The notes under the pieces are model-generated. The model saw only the letters and a list, made by a program, of their open reading frames with translations, had not been told where the DNA came from and ran no database searches. A DNA stretch of 64,000 nt, from NCBI GenBank assembly GCA_051252135.1, contig JBPOGH010000004.1:32001-96000 (forward strand), in the 5' to 3' direction. This document shows positions 49,507-59,377 of the stretch, piece by piece. Numbering within the stretch: position 1 is the first letter of the stretch; every line of letters begins with the position of its first letter. The position numbers and the translations under genes were made by a program. This stretch comes from Verrucomicrobiaceae bacterium. Lineage in GTDB: Bacteria; Verrucomicrobiota; Verrucomicrobiia; Verrucomicrobiales; Akkermansiaceae.

Positions 49507-50406
49507 TTAATCAACGGGAAGTCCGAGGAGAGTGAGGATGCGTTCGAGGTCATCATTGCCGTAATACTCGACTTCAATTTTCCCTTTTTTGTCACCGTGG
49601 TGGATGTGGACGTGGGTGGAAAAGCGCTCGCGAAGTTTGTTTTGGAGGGCGATGAGGTGGGGATCGCGGAGTTCCTCGGGGCCGCTGGAGTTTGAAGAAG
49701 TTTTGCGTTTGGTGGGCTTGTTGAAGTCCTGAACGAACTTTTCGGCGGCCCGGACGGTCATGTTTTTGCGAAGGATGTGATCGGCGGCAGCGATTTGTTC
49801 CTTGGCGTCCTTGATACCGAGGATGGCCTTGGCGTGGCCGACGGTGAGGAGGCCATCGGCGACGTGGCGCTGGATGGGTTCCTGAAGGTCGAGGAGGCGC
49901 ATGGCGTTGGCGACGCTGGCACGGGACTTGCCGACGCGCTGGGCGATCTCGTCCTGCTTCATGGAGAATTCTTTGGCGAGCTTGACGTAACCGGCGGCTT
50001 CCTCGATGGCGTCGAGGTCCTGGCGCTGGAGGTTCTCGATGAGGGCCATCTCGAGGACTTCCTGATCGGTGGCTTCCCGCTCGATGACGGGGACGGTGGC
50101 GAGTCCGAGTGCCTCGGAGGCCCGCCAGCGGCGTTCACCGGCGATGAGTTCGAGTTTTCCGTTGATCGGGCGGACGATGAGGGGCTGGATGATGCCGTGC
50201 TCCTTGATGGACTGCATGAGTTCATCGAGTTGGCCTTCGGCAAAACGCTTGCGCGGCTGAAGCGGGGAGGGGGCGACGCGGGCGAGTTCGACTTTCTGAA
50301 CACGCTCTCCGGGGAGGAGATCGACCTTGGTGTCGGGTGCTGCCGCGGGAGTGGAGGTGTTTTTGATGAGCGCTCCCAATCCTTTTCCTAGTGCCTTCTT
50401 TGCCAT
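49507..50406 (-). CDS. parB: ParB/Spo0J chromosome partition protein
   Basis: ALGKGLGALI, QPRKRF, GIIQPLIVR, IAGERRWRA, ALIENLQR, HTH GKSRASVAN.MRLL, GHAKA. Confidence 0.95.
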   Translation of the reverse strand: MAKKALGKGLGALIKNTSTPAAAPDTKVDLLPGERVQKVELARVAPSPLQPRKRFAEGQLDELMQSIKEHGIIQPLIVRPINGKLELIAGERRWRASEALGLATVPVIEREATDQEVLEMALIENLQRQDLDAIEEAAGYVKLAKEFSMKQDEIAQRVGKSRASVANAMRLLDLQEPIQRHVADGLLTVGHAKAILGIKDAKEQIAAADHILRKNMTVRAAEKFVQDFNKPTKRKTSSNSSGPEELRDPHLIALQNKLRERFSTHVHIHHGDKKGKIEVEYYGNDDLERILTLLGLPVD

Positions 50407-50529
50407 ACCGATCGAAGGTTTACTGAGGGTTCTCCGGAAATGCAAAGCCAGATTGCTTCCTTAACGATTCAAAATCATCAAGGGGTCCGCGGGCTTGACG
50501 GCCCGTAAGGCAACCGCCATAGGAGAACG

Positions 50530-51174
50530 ATGAAATTCGCCATCATTGTCATCCTTTCCACCCTGACGGGGTTTGGGCAGGAGGGTCTTGTGAGATTGCC
50601 GGCCCGTCAGGCGGTGCCGGAGGAGGTGATGGTGGAGGCCCAGAAAGCGACTCAAGCGTTGATGAATCAGGTGGTCAGGGGGAATGTCGATGCGGCGTTT
50701 CTTCACATGAATCCGGACTGGAAGAAGATCGAGGCGCGCAAGAATGGCGGAGCGGAGAAGCTTGCGGAGAAGCTTCGGGAGAATTTTGCATCGTTGCAGG
50801 CGAAGGGGATTACCTTGAAGGCTGCGGAGGCGAAGCGTCCGGTGATGGGCTGGGAGGTTGATTTTGGCCATCGGACGGTGATGGTGGACGGGGTTGAGCA
50901 GAAGGTGGGAGTCTACAAGCAGTGGATGGTTTTTGTGCCAACGGTGAGTCAGATTTCGGCGATCGACCGCAATGCGCGTCCGGTGAAGACTTACGAGATT
51001 CGCAGTGACAGCTTCCAGGTGGCGCTATGTCCGAAGGGGGCGAACAATTGGACTTTCATTGATGGAGCCGATTTGAAGGGAGTGAGTCTGCGTCAGTTAT
51101 TCCCTTATTTGCCGAAGCAGGACGACCAGTTGGGGTTGCCCAAGGTGCGTGGCCAAGTGATTAGAGAACGATAA
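50530..51174 (+). CDS. Hypothetical exported protein
   Basis: Signal peptide, W.FIDG motif, first gene of an apparent operon. Confidence 0.7.
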   Translation: MKFAIIVILSTLTGFGQEGLVRLPARQAVPEEVMVEAQKATQALMNQVVRGNVDAAFLHMNPDWKKIEARKNGGAEKLAEKLRENFASLQAKGITLKAAEAKRPVMGWEVDFGHRTVMVDGVEQKVGVYKQWMVFVPTVSQISAIDRNARPVKTYEIRSDSFQVALCPKGANNWTFIDGADLKGVSLRQLFPYLPKQDDQLGLPKVRGQVIRER

Positions 51175-51187
51175 AACCGAGGAAGCG

Positions 51188-51736
51188 GTGGGTAAAAAGA
51201 AGAAGAAAAAAGAGAAGGAGCTGAAGCGGATCAAGAAGCTCACGAAGCGGGGTCAAAGTGACTGTGTGGAAGTGCGTGGATCCGGAATCCACGGGCGCGG
51301 GGTGTATGCGACGCGGGACATTGAGCCGGAGGAGCATGTCATTGAGTATGTTGGCAATTTGATCGACAAGGATGAGAGTGAGAAGAGAGCGTGGGCACTG
51401 TTTGAAGAGGCGGAGCAAACGGGAGGAGCGGCGGTTTACATTTTCAATCTGACGAAGAAGTGGGATCTTGACGGGGATGTGGAGTGGAATCCGGCGCGAT
51501 TGATCAATCATTCCTGTGATCCGAATTGTGAGGCGCAGCAGGACAAGAAGCGGATTTACATTGTGGCGACGCGGGCGATCAAGAAGGACGAGGAGATCAC
51601 CTTTGACTATGGCTTTGATGCCGATTCCTACGCCGATCATCCGTGCCGATGCGGGTCTGCGAATTGTATCGGTTATATCGTGGGGAAGGATTATCTTGAT
51701 GACCTGCAGGAGCTTCTTGCCGCTGAAGAAGAATAG
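51188..51736 (+). CDS. SET-domain protein-lysine methyltransferase with post-SET motif
   Basis: SGIHGRGVYA, IEYVG, RLINHSCDPNC, EEITFDY, CRCGSANC.G. Confidence 0.92.
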   Translation: MGKKKKKKEKELKRIKKLTKRGQSDCVEVRGSGIHGRGVYATRDIEPEEHVIEYVGNLIDKDESEKRAWALFEEAEQTGGAAVYIFNLTKKWDLDGDVEWNPARLINHSCDPNCEAQQDKKRIYIVATRAIKKDEEITFDYGFDADSYADHPCRCGSANCIGYIVGKDYLDDLQELLAAEEE

Positions 51737-51789
51737 ACATGCCACCTGACGGTTGTCGCTATTGCCTCAGCACACCACCTTTTGATTCC

Positions 51790-52836
51790 ATGCGCGCTAC
51801 GCTTGTATTTCTCCTATCGATGACTTTCCCCGCATTTGCGGGAACGGCCACCCAAGCCCGGAACATTGTCCGGTCCTACGAACAATCCTTCGATCAATGG
51901 GTCGCGGAGGTCCAGGGAGCGGTGGGCAACGAAGCCCAGGTGGCGGCCTGGTCCAAGCAGCCCAGGCCGGACGAGGCGGGTCTTCGTTTGTGGACGGAGA
52001 TACGCAATGATCTGGATCAATCGTGGACCCTTGATTACGCGGCATGGCTTTATGAAAATTCGTCGGGAGTGTTGAGTCAGTCGAGCGGTGGAACCGCGAA
52101 TGCGCTGAAGATTCGCCGGGCGGTGGAGCGATTCCACGTGAAGAGTCCGCGGGTGGGATATTTTGCGGTGGCGCTGTCCCATTTTCCCGATCCGGGGGCG
52201 CTGGGTTTACTGGAAAAGATCGAGGCCCAGAATCCCGATCCACGGGTGCAAGGGGCTGCGGCGCTGGGGCAAGCGATGATTCTGCGCGGGATGGGAGGCG
52301 ACTGGAAGATCATGAAGAAGCGCCAGGAGAAGTTGAAGAAGGCGATTATTCAGGGGAACGACCTTCCGGTGGGGAAGACGACGGTGCTACGGATTGCGGA
52401 GGATGAGATTTTTATGATGAACAATCTCGGGGTGGGCACGGTGGCCCCGGACATCATGGGGGTGGATATCACGGCGAAGCCATTTTCCCTTTCCGATTAC
52501 AAGGGCAAGGTGGTGGTGTTGGTTTTCTGGCACACCTGGATGCCTGAGGCCAATCGCTCGATCAAATTGGTCCGGGAGCTTCACAATAGTCTTCAGGGCA
52601 AGAATGCGGTGGTGATCGGGGCGAACATCGATCATGCGCTGACGCTGCGGAAGATGACGGCGGATGGGGAAACTCCGTGGCGGAATTTTTCCGATTCGAC
52701 GAAATCGATCGCGAAGAAATATCGCATTGAGGAGTGGCCAAAGGTTTACGTCCTGGATGGGGAGCGGAAGATCAAGTATGTTGGTTCGCCCGGTTCCTTC
52801 GTGAATATCGCGGTGGATGCATTGTTGAAGGAGTAG
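51790..52836 (+). CDS. Secreted TlpA/redoxin-fold protein lacking CxxC
   Basis: G..APD..G.D...F.LSDYKGKVVVLVFW.TW, P..YVLD. Active site reads WMPEA. Confidence 0.8.
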   Translation: MRATLVFLLSMTFPAFAGTATQARNIVRSYEQSFDQWVAEVQGAVGNEAQVAAWSKQPRPDEAGLRLWTEIRNDLDQSWTLDYAAWLYENSSGVLSQSSGGTANALKIRRAVERFHVKSPRVGYFAVALSHFPDPGALGLLEKIEAQNPDPRVQGAAALGQAMILRGMGGDWKIMKKRQEKLKKAIIQGNDLPVGKTTVLRIAEDEIFMMNNLGVGTVAPDIMGVDITAKPFSLSDYKGKVVVLVFWHTWMPEANRSIKLVRELHNSLQGKNAVVIGANIDHALTLRKMTADGETPWRNFSDSTKSIAKKYRIEEWPKVYVLDGERKIKYVGSPGSFVNIAVDALLKE

Positions 52837-52883
52837 GTTGATTGACCGCCTATTCCTCTTCTGGTCTGAGGCGATTCCGGACA

Positions 52884-53408
52884 ATGAACGGGGTCCTTAT
52901 TCGATTGTGGCGAGAGGAAGATGATCTTTCCTCGATCACGGGGATGCTTCACCGCGCTTATGCGGAGTTGGCGGCGATGGGGTTTCGGTATAACGCCACG
53001 TGGCAAGATGATGCGACGACTCTGAAGCGGCTTGGTAAGGGAGTGGCCTTTGTGGCGGAGTGCGAGGGTCGGGTGGTGGGGACGGCGACTCTTTATCTGC
53101 CTCCCTATTCATCGGGTTGCGCGTGGTATGGTCGTGCGGATGTGGCTCACTTTGGCCAATTCGCGGTGGATCCGGAGTTTCAACGGCAGGGGATCGGGAG
53201 TCGGCTTCTGGCCGAGCTGGAACGGGAGACGCGGGGGCGTGGGATTGCCAATCTGGCATTGGATACGGCCGAGGGAGCGGTGCACCTGATCGCTCTTTAT
53301 GAGAGACGGGGGTATGAGGTGGTGGAGCTGGTGGATTGGAAGAGCACGAACTACCGGAGTGTGGTGATGAATCGCGCGCTTGGTGACGGGCCAGAGAGCG
53401 GGCTTTAG
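52884..53408 (+). CDS. GNAT family N-acetyltransferase
   Basis: FAVDPEFQRQGIGSRLL, LDTAE.A..LI.LYERRGY. Confidence 0.9.
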   Translation: MNGVLIRLWREEDDLSSITGMLHRAYAELAAMGFRYNATWQDDATTLKRLGKGVAFVAECEGRVVGTATLYLPPYSSGCAWYGRADVAHFGQFAVDPEFQRQGIGSRLLAELERETRGRGIANLALDTAEGAVHLIALYERRGYEVVELVDWKSTNYRSVVMNRALGDGPESGL

Positions 53409-54286
53409 CGGGCGCAGCTGGTGCCGACTTTGGCGTAGAGTTCCATTTGTTTGGAGCTGGAGTCGAGGAGGTCGGGGTCGAGGGTGACGGTGCCGGGCTC
53501 GAAGAGGAGGAGGGTGGAGGATCCGCCGAAGGCGAAGTAGCCTTTTTCGTCGCCTTTTGCGACGGGTTGGCCGGGGGTGAAGGTTTGGTGGATGGAGCCG
53601 ACGCAGGTGGCTCCGATTTCCATGCAGAGGACGGTGCCGAAGGATTCGGTTTTGAGTTCGGTGATGGTGCGTTTGTTTTCCCAGAGGTAGGCGAGGCGTT
53701 GGCGGAGGGCGATGGGGGAGACGGAGAAGAGGGGGCCGTTGAGGGTGCGGGTTTCGCCGGGGGTGCCGGCGCAGGGGAAGTGGAAGCGGTGGTAGTCGAC
53801 CGGGCAGAGTCGGGAGAGGAGGAGGGGGCCGTCCTGGTAGCGGGCGGCGAGTTCCGGGGAGCCGAGGAGGGCGGGGAGGTCAAATTGTTGTCCTTTGATA
53901 AAGACGGAGGTGATTTCGCTGGCTTTGGCGAAGCCGAGGTGGCGGCCATCGGCGGGGAGGACGACGGGGGAGTCGGCGAGGGGGCGGGCGGTGGGTTTGA
54001 GTTTGCGGTAGAAGAAGTCGTTGAAGGAGGTGAATTGGTCCGGGCGTTTGACGAAGTCGTCACTGCCGAGGCGGTAGGTTTCGAGGAAAGGGGCGACTTT
54101 TTCAGCGGTTTTGGGCTGATTCATGCGATTTCCGTACCATTTTGAGAAGAATGGGCGTTTGACGAAGGCGTGGAGGGCGATCTTACCGAGGGGGTTGCCG
54201 TAGGCCCATTTGAGGAAGCCTTCGCCGTAGACTTGTTCGGTTTCGATCTGTCCGGTTTCGCGGTTGAGGTACTGAATTGGCTCCAC
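53405..54286 (-). CDS. psd: Phosphatidylserine decarboxylase proenzyme
   Basis: SFNDFFYRKLK..ARP, PADG, RLCPVDYHRFHFP, SVSP, ENKR, GATCVGSI, GYFAFGGSS. Confidence 0.92.
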   Translation of the reverse strand: MEPIQYLNRETGQIETEQVYGEGFLKWAYGNPLGKIALHAFVKRPFFSKWYGNRMNQPKTAEKVAPFLETYRLGSDDFVKRPDQFTSFNDFFYRKLKPTARPLADSPVVLPADGRHLGFAKASEITSVFIKGQQFDLPALLGSPELAARYQDGPLLLSRLCPVDYHRFHFPCAGTPGETRTLNGPLFSVSPIALRQRLAYLWENKRTITELKTESFGTVLCMEIGATCVGSIHQTFTPGQPVAKGDEKGYFAFGGSSTLLLFEPGTVTLDPDLLDSSSKQMELYAKVGTSCAR

Positions 54287-54359
54287 GGGGAGACAATGGG
54301 CCGATTTACGTAAAATGAAATTTGAAATTTCGTGGTTCAAGGCTACGTCTCCCTCAGCC

Positions 54360-54929
54360 ATGCGCATCCCCGCCCTCATTGCATCTTTGGCAGCTTTCCT
54401 TGCGAGCTGTCACGAGAGCGAGAAGTCCATCAGTGTCACCGAGACCAGGGAGCTGACGCTTTTTGATCAAAAGTATCCCGGAAACATCAAGGATTATCCT
54501 CCGTTGGGGTGGCGCCGGATTCCGGGAACGCAGATGCGGGCGGTGAATTATGTGGCGGGGCCGAATGAGGAGGTGGAGATTTTTATGGGGAATTCGGGAG
54601 GAGGCGTGTTGCCGAATGCGAACCGTTGGTTGGGGCAGCTGGGTCTGCCGCCGAAGACCTCGGTGGATGATTTTGAGAAAATCGAGGTGTTGGGGACGGA
54701 TGCTTATCTGGTGGAGGTGTCCGGAGATTTCAAAGGGGGGATGGGGCAGCCGGCGAAGCCTGATCAGGCGATCATGGGCATGATCCGGGAGAATCAGGAT
54801 GAGGTGCTGACGCTGAAGATGACGGGGCCGAAGGAGGCAGTGATGGCGCTGCGCGAAGAATTTGTGGCGTATGCGAAGGCGCTTGAGGTGCATATGCCGC
54901 AGGCGATCGAGGATCCCGAATCCAACTAA
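54360..54929 (+). CDS. Hypothetical lipoprotein preceding resB-ccsA
   Basis: Lipobox FLASC, P.GW, GG.L.N.NRW.GQLGL, KMTGP. Confidence 0.75.
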   Translation: MRIPALIASLAAFLASCHESEKSISVTETRELTLFDQKYPGNIKDYPPLGWRRIPGTQMRAVNYVAGPNEEVEIFMGNSGGGVLPNANRWLGQLGLPPKTSVDDFEKIEVLGTDAYLVEVSGDFKGGMGQPAKPDQAIMGMIRENQDEVLTLKMTGPKEAVMALREEFVAYAKALEVHMPQAIEDPESN

Positions 54930-54937
54930 CAAACGAG

Positions 54938-56140
54938 ATGAGTTCTTCCAAACCTCCCCGCACTCTTGGTCAGAAGGTGTTTCGCGTGCTCGCGGGATTC
55001 GAAATCGCGGTGGTGTGCTTTGCGCTGCTGACGCTGCTGACCTTTTTCGGAACGATCGAGCAGACCTGGATTGGGTTGCATGGGGCGATCGAGAAGTATT
55101 TTGATTATGAGGCGTTTCTGGTGATTCCGCGGAATGCTTACGACAAGATTATTTTCCTGCCGCTTCCCGGTGCCTACTGGGTGATCGTGGTGCTCTCGGT
55201 GAACATGTTCCTGGGCGGCATTGTGCGGATGCGGAAGGGCTGGCGGACGGCCGGGGTGCTGGTGAGTCACTTTGCGATTCTGTTCATGTTGGTGGCGGGT
55301 GCGGTATCGAGTCTTTACAAGGAAGAGGGATCGATGGGGGTGACGGAGGGCGAGAAGTCCGATTATGCGTCGAGCTACAATCAGGCGACGATCGAGATCG
55401 CGGCCTACGATGAGAACGGGGATCGAGGAGCGCCGGTGGTGGTGCCATCGGAGCCGTTGGAGTCGATGAGGTCGACGGACGTGTTGAATGTGGAGCTACC
55501 GGATCTGCCTTTTGATTTGAAGGTGACGGGGATGTTACAGGCGAGCGAGATGAGGATGGCCGGGAGTGTGGGGGAAGGTTCCGGTAAAGTGATTGATGGT
55601 TTTGTGCTGCAGGAAGTGGAGAAGAATACCACTGATGAGGTGCTGAACTTTGAGGGCTGTTATGTGACGGTGCGGAAGGACGGGGAGGATTTGCAGGAGC
55701 TTCTTTTGTGGAGCGGGAATCCGTTTCCGGTGACGGTGACGGTGGAGGGGGTGCGCTACGGGATTTTGATGACGCGGAAGATTTGGCCGATGCCCTTTGA
55801 GGTGGAGCTGCACAAATCGGTGGGAGAGTACTATCCGGGAACGCGCAAGGCGCGGTGGTTCCAGAGTGATGTGACGAAGGTGACGGGCGAGGAGCGAACC
55901 GACTATGAGATCATCATGAACCATCCGATGCGTCATGGTGGCTACACTCTTTTCCAGGCGCAGTGGGAGAAGCCCGAGGGCAAGGCGCGCTCGGGATTTG
56001 CGGTGGTGAAGAATCCTTCCGACAAGTGGCCCGAATGGGCGCTTTATGTAGCGGGGATTGCCCTGTTGGTTCATTTTTCAGTGATGCTGGTCACGTATAC
56101 GTATCGCAGCATGAACAAAACCTCTTCCAAAGCCAGTTGA
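54938..56140 (+). CDS. resB: Cytochrome c biogenesis protein ResB/CcsB-like
   Basis: LT..GT.EQ, G.L..H in TM3, YYPGT..A..F.S.V, I.MN.P.R.GGY..FQ, stop overlaps ccsA start. Confidence 0.8.
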   Translation: MSSSKPPRTLGQKVFRVLAGFEIAVVCFALLTLLTFFGTIEQTWIGLHGAIEKYFDYEAFLVIPRNAYDKIIFLPLPGAYWVIVVLSVNMFLGGIVRMRKGWRTAGVLVSHFAILFMLVAGAVSSLYKEEGSMGVTEGEKSDYASSYNQATIEIAAYDENGDRGAPVVVPSEPLESMRSTDVLNVELPDLPFDLKVTGMLQASEMRMAGSVGEGSGKVIDGFVLQEVEKNTTDEVLNFEGCYVTVRKDGEDLQELLLWSGNPFPVTVTVEGVRYGILMTRKIWPMPFEVELHKSVGEYYPGTRKARWFQSDVTKVTGEERTDYEIIMNHPMRHGGYTLFQAQWEKPEGKARSGFAVVKNPSDKWPEWALYVAGIALLVHFSVMLVTYTYRSMNKTSSKAS

Positions 56141-58158
56141 TGAGCGAAACTTCCATTTCCGAAAAGCCTTCGAATCTTGGCCTCCGCTGGGGGTTGGTCA
56201 CCTTATTTTTGGTGATTGAGTTTGCGTTGATCAGCTACGCGATCAAGGGGAGCATTAGGTTTGACGAACCTCCGAAAGTGTCGGGGTATCAGGCGTGGTC
56301 CGAAGAGGTGGTGGAGGTGGCGGCGAAGATTCCGGTGCAGGACGGAGGACGGGTGAAGCCGTTTGCGACCTTTGCGCGCTTCCAGTTGTTGCAGTTGCGC
56401 GGTGAGGTGAGCATCAAGATTGAGACGGGCGGGGAGAAGGTGAAGATCAGTGCGACGGAGTGGTTGCTGGATTGTCTTTTCCGGCCCGAGTTGGCGGACG
56501 AGCTTCCGGTGTTTCGGATCGATAACTCGGACGTGTTGAGGGGGACGGGGATTGAGGTGAAGGAGCTGCGGACGCGGTTGAGTTTTAACGAGGTTTACAA
56601 GGGATATGACAAGCTGATGAACAAGGGGCGGACGCTGATGGAGGAGTCCGAGAACCGGAAGTTGACGCGTGAGGAGAAGCAGCTGACGGAATTTGCGCAG
56701 CAGGTGCTGAGTTATCAGGCGTTGACGAGTGCGCTGGATTTTGCGCGGAAGGGGATGTCGATCCCGGCGGACCGGTTGCCTCCGGGGGTGGAAAATCCCG
56801 AGAGTCTGCAGAAGTTCAGTCACTGGATGGCGATTTTTCCGGAAGTGAGCCAGGCGGTGCGTCAGGCGGCGGCGATGAACAACGGGGAGATTCCCGAGGC
56901 GCTGCGTGAGACCTTGGCGACGATTGAGGAGTATATTACGAAGACGCGCTTTGGGTTGAACTGGATTCCGCCTTACACGGACTCCGAGGAATGGCAGCCG
57001 CTGGGTCGGACGCTGACGGCGTTGATTGAGGGGCGCTCGGATGATTGGGCATCGCCGGTGGCGGACTTGCAGAAGCTGGAGCAGCTGGTGCCGCTTGCGG
57101 AGAAGCCGAACTCGGAGGCTTTTCTGAAGGCCTTTACCGCCTGGCAGGAAGACCTGACGGCGCGCAGTGCGGCGCGGGGTTGGGGTGAGGGGATTGAGGG
57201 GGAGATTTCCTATTACAAGAGGAACTATTTCATGAATGCGATTGTGTTGTTCATCTTCGCTTTTGTGGTTTGTGCGGTGAGTTGGATTGTGACAACGGGC
57301 AGGGCGGGGAAGGTGATTCAGATTATAGGGGCCGTGATGTTTGTTTCGGCGGTGGCGTATTTGGTGGCGGGAATTTTCCATCGCTCGTTTGTGATGGGGC
57401 GGCCTCCGGTGGGGAATCTTTACGATACCATTCCGTTTATTACGGCGGGGGCGACGATCATTTTGGGGATTGGCGAGTTGCTGACGCGGCGTCGGTTGTT
57501 GATTTCGGTGGCGTCCTTTTTAGGTATCGCGGGGCTCTTTCTGGCGTTTCGTTTTGAGTATGGTGATGCGAAGGACCATATGGATCCTTTGGTGGCGGTG
57601 CTGAACTCGAACTACTGGTTGGCGACGCACGTGGTGACGGTGACCCTGGGTTACTCGGGTGGTCTGGTAGCGTGTTTCCTGTCGCAGATTTACGTGCACC
57701 TTCGTTTGGCGGGGTTGATCGAGAAGAACAAATCGTTCCAGCGGTTTATCACGCGGGCGGTTTATGGAGTGGTTTGTTTTACGCTCTTTTTCTCGCTGGT
57801 GGGGACGGTGTTGGGAGGGATATGGGCGAATGATTCGTGGGGTCGTTTCTGGGGATGGGATCCGAAGGAGAATGGTGCGTTGCTGATCGTGCTCTGGACG
57901 TTGTTGATTCTTCATGCGCGATTGGCGGGTTGGATGAAGGACTGGGGGATTCACTTTGCGTGCATCTTCATGGGGATGATTGTGGCGTTCTCCTGGTGGC
58001 ATGTGAACATGCTGGAGGTGGGACTTCACAGTTACGGATTCATCAGCGGGGGTGAGGTGATTTGGTTCTTTTATTACGCGGAAGTGATGGCGCTGATTGT
58101 GGGATTGGCGGGGTATATCGTGCACCGGATTGAGAAGGGTCAGAAGCGGGCGGCTTGA
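56140..58158 (+). CDS. ccsA: Cytochrome c biogenesis protein CcsA (system II) with large periplasmic domain
   Basis: GRPPV.NLY, WL..HV...LGY, LGGIWANDSWGRFWGWDPKE (WWD domain), GLHSY. Confidence 0.92.
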   Translation: MSETSISEKPSNLGLRWGLVTLFLVIEFALISYAIKGSIRFDEPPKVSGYQAWSEEVVEVAAKIPVQDGGRVKPFATFARFQLLQLRGEVSIKIETGGEKVKISATEWLLDCLFRPELADELPVFRIDNSDVLRGTGIEVKELRTRLSFNEVYKGYDKLMNKGRTLMEESENRKLTREEKQLTEFAQQVLSYQALTSALDFARKGMSIPADRLPPGVENPESLQKFSHWMAIFPEVSQAVRQAAAMNNGEIPEALRETLATIEEYITKTRFGLNWIPPYTDSEEWQPLGRTLTALIEGRSDDWASPVADLQKLEQLVPLAEKPNSEAFLKAFTAWQEDLTARSAARGWGEGIEGEISYYKRNYFMNAIVLFIFAFVVCAVSWIVTTGRAGKVIQIIGAVMFVSAVAYLVAGIFHRSFVMGRPPVGNLYDTIPFITAGATIILGIGELLTRRRLLISVASFLGIAGLFLAFRFEYGDAKDHMDPLVAVLNSNYWLATHVVTVTLGYSGGLVACFLSQIYVHLRLAGLIEKNKSFQRFITRAVYGVVCFTLFFSLVGTVLGGIWANDSWGRFWGWDPKENGALLIVLWTLLILHARLAGWMKDWGIHFACIFMGMIVAFSWWHVNMLEVGLHSYGFISGGEVIWFFYYAEVMALIVGLAGYIVHRIEKGQKRAA

Positions 58159-58189
58159 TTCGGGGCGGGCGCTAGGCTTTGATCAGGTC

Positions 58190-59368
58190 ATGAAGCGTGT
58201 GATCTGGTGTATTCTCGACTCGGTCGGGATCGGCGGGGCGCCGGATGCGGCGGCTTTTGGGGATGAGGGGAGTGATACGTTGGGACACATTGCGGAGTGG
58301 TTTATGAAGGAGAAGGGGCGTTCGTTGGCGCTGCCGAATCTGGATCGCCTGGGTTTGGGGGCGGCGTATGAATTGGTGCATGGGTGTCGGCCGGATGGGT
58401 GGGAGGCGGTGGAAGCGGAGGGTTGCTTTGCGGCGGCGACGGAGATCTCGACGGGGAAGGATACACCGAGCGGGCATTGGGAGTTGGCGGGGGTGCCGGC
58501 GAGCTGGGAGTGGGGTTATTTTCCGAAGGTGGAGCGTTGTTTTCCGGAGGAATTGATTGCGGAGATTGAGAGGCGTGCGGGGCTGGAGGGGTCGCTGGGG
58601 CATTGTCATGCGAGCGGGACGGAAGTGATTGCACGGCTGGGTGCGGAGAGTGTGCGAAGCGGGAAGCCGATCTTTTACACTTCGGCGGACTCGGTGTTTC
58701 AAATTGCGGCGCATGAGGAGGCGTTTGGGCTGGAGCGGCTTTATGAGCTGTGTGAGTTGGTGCGGGAGTTGACGCTGGAGATGAATGTGGGGCGGGTGAT
58801 TGCGCGGCCCTTTGTGGGGGATGAGGGGGCGTATGAGCGGACGGGGAACCGGAAGGATTACGCGGTGACGCCGCCGAAGGCGACGGTGCTGGAGGTGGCG
58901 AAGGATGGGGGGCGCAAGGTGTGCGGGGTGGGGAAGATTGGAGATATTTTTGCCCATGTGGGATTGAGTGAGGAGTTGAAGGCGAGCGGGCATGAGAGGC
59001 TGTGGGAGCGGACGCGGGAGGCGTTGGCGGGGAGCGGGGAGTTGGTGATGACGAACTTTGTGGACTTTGATATGTTGTACGGGCATCGGCGTGATCCGGA
59101 GGGATATGGGCTGGCGTTGGAGGAGTGGGATGCGGAGTTGGGTCGTTTTTTGGCGGAGCTGGGTGAGGAGGATTTGGTGGTGATTACGGCGGACCACGGG
59201 AATGACCCGACGTGGGAGGGGACGGATCATACGCGGGAGCGGGTGCCGGTGGTGATTTATGGTGGGGGGAAGCGGAACGGAGGGGTGCGGGAGAGTTTTT
59301 GTGATGTGGGGGCGACGGTGGCGAAGTGGCTGGGTCTGGAGGTGGACGAAGGGGAATCGATCCTGTAA
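58190..59368 (+). CDS. deoB: Phosphopentomutase
   Basis: LDSVGIG..PDA..FGD, GKDTPSGHWE, YTSADSVFQIAAHE, RVIARPF, DFD..YGHRRD, TADHGNDP, DHTRE. Confidence 0.96.
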   Translation: MKRVIWCILDSVGIGGAPDAAAFGDEGSDTLGHIAEWFMKEKGRSLALPNLDRLGLGAAYELVHGCRPDGWEAVEAEGCFAAATEISTGKDTPSGHWELAGVPASWEWGYFPKVERCFPEELIAEIERRAGLEGSLGHCHASGTEVIARLGAESVRSGKPIFYTSADSVFQIAAHEEAFGLERLYELCELVRELTLEMNVGRVIARPFVGDEGAYERTGNRKDYAVTPPKATVLEVAKDGGRKVCGVGKIGDIFAHVGLSEELKASGHERLWERTREALAGSGELVMTNFVDFDMLYGHRRDPEGYGLALEEWDAELGRFLAELGEEDLVVITADHGNDPTWEGTDHTRERVPVVIYGGGKRNGGVRESFCDVGATVAKWLGLEVDEGESIL

Positions 59369-59377
59369 GGTGCGCGC

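Noticed and set aside
52131..52146. parS-like site TTCCACGTGAA
   Set aside because: Only a partial match to the 16-bp palindrome, inside a CDS, and plausibly by chance.
52525..52555. Selenocysteine recoding in the redoxin active site
   Set aside because: No in-frame TGA. The codons read TGG ATG CCT GAG GCC.
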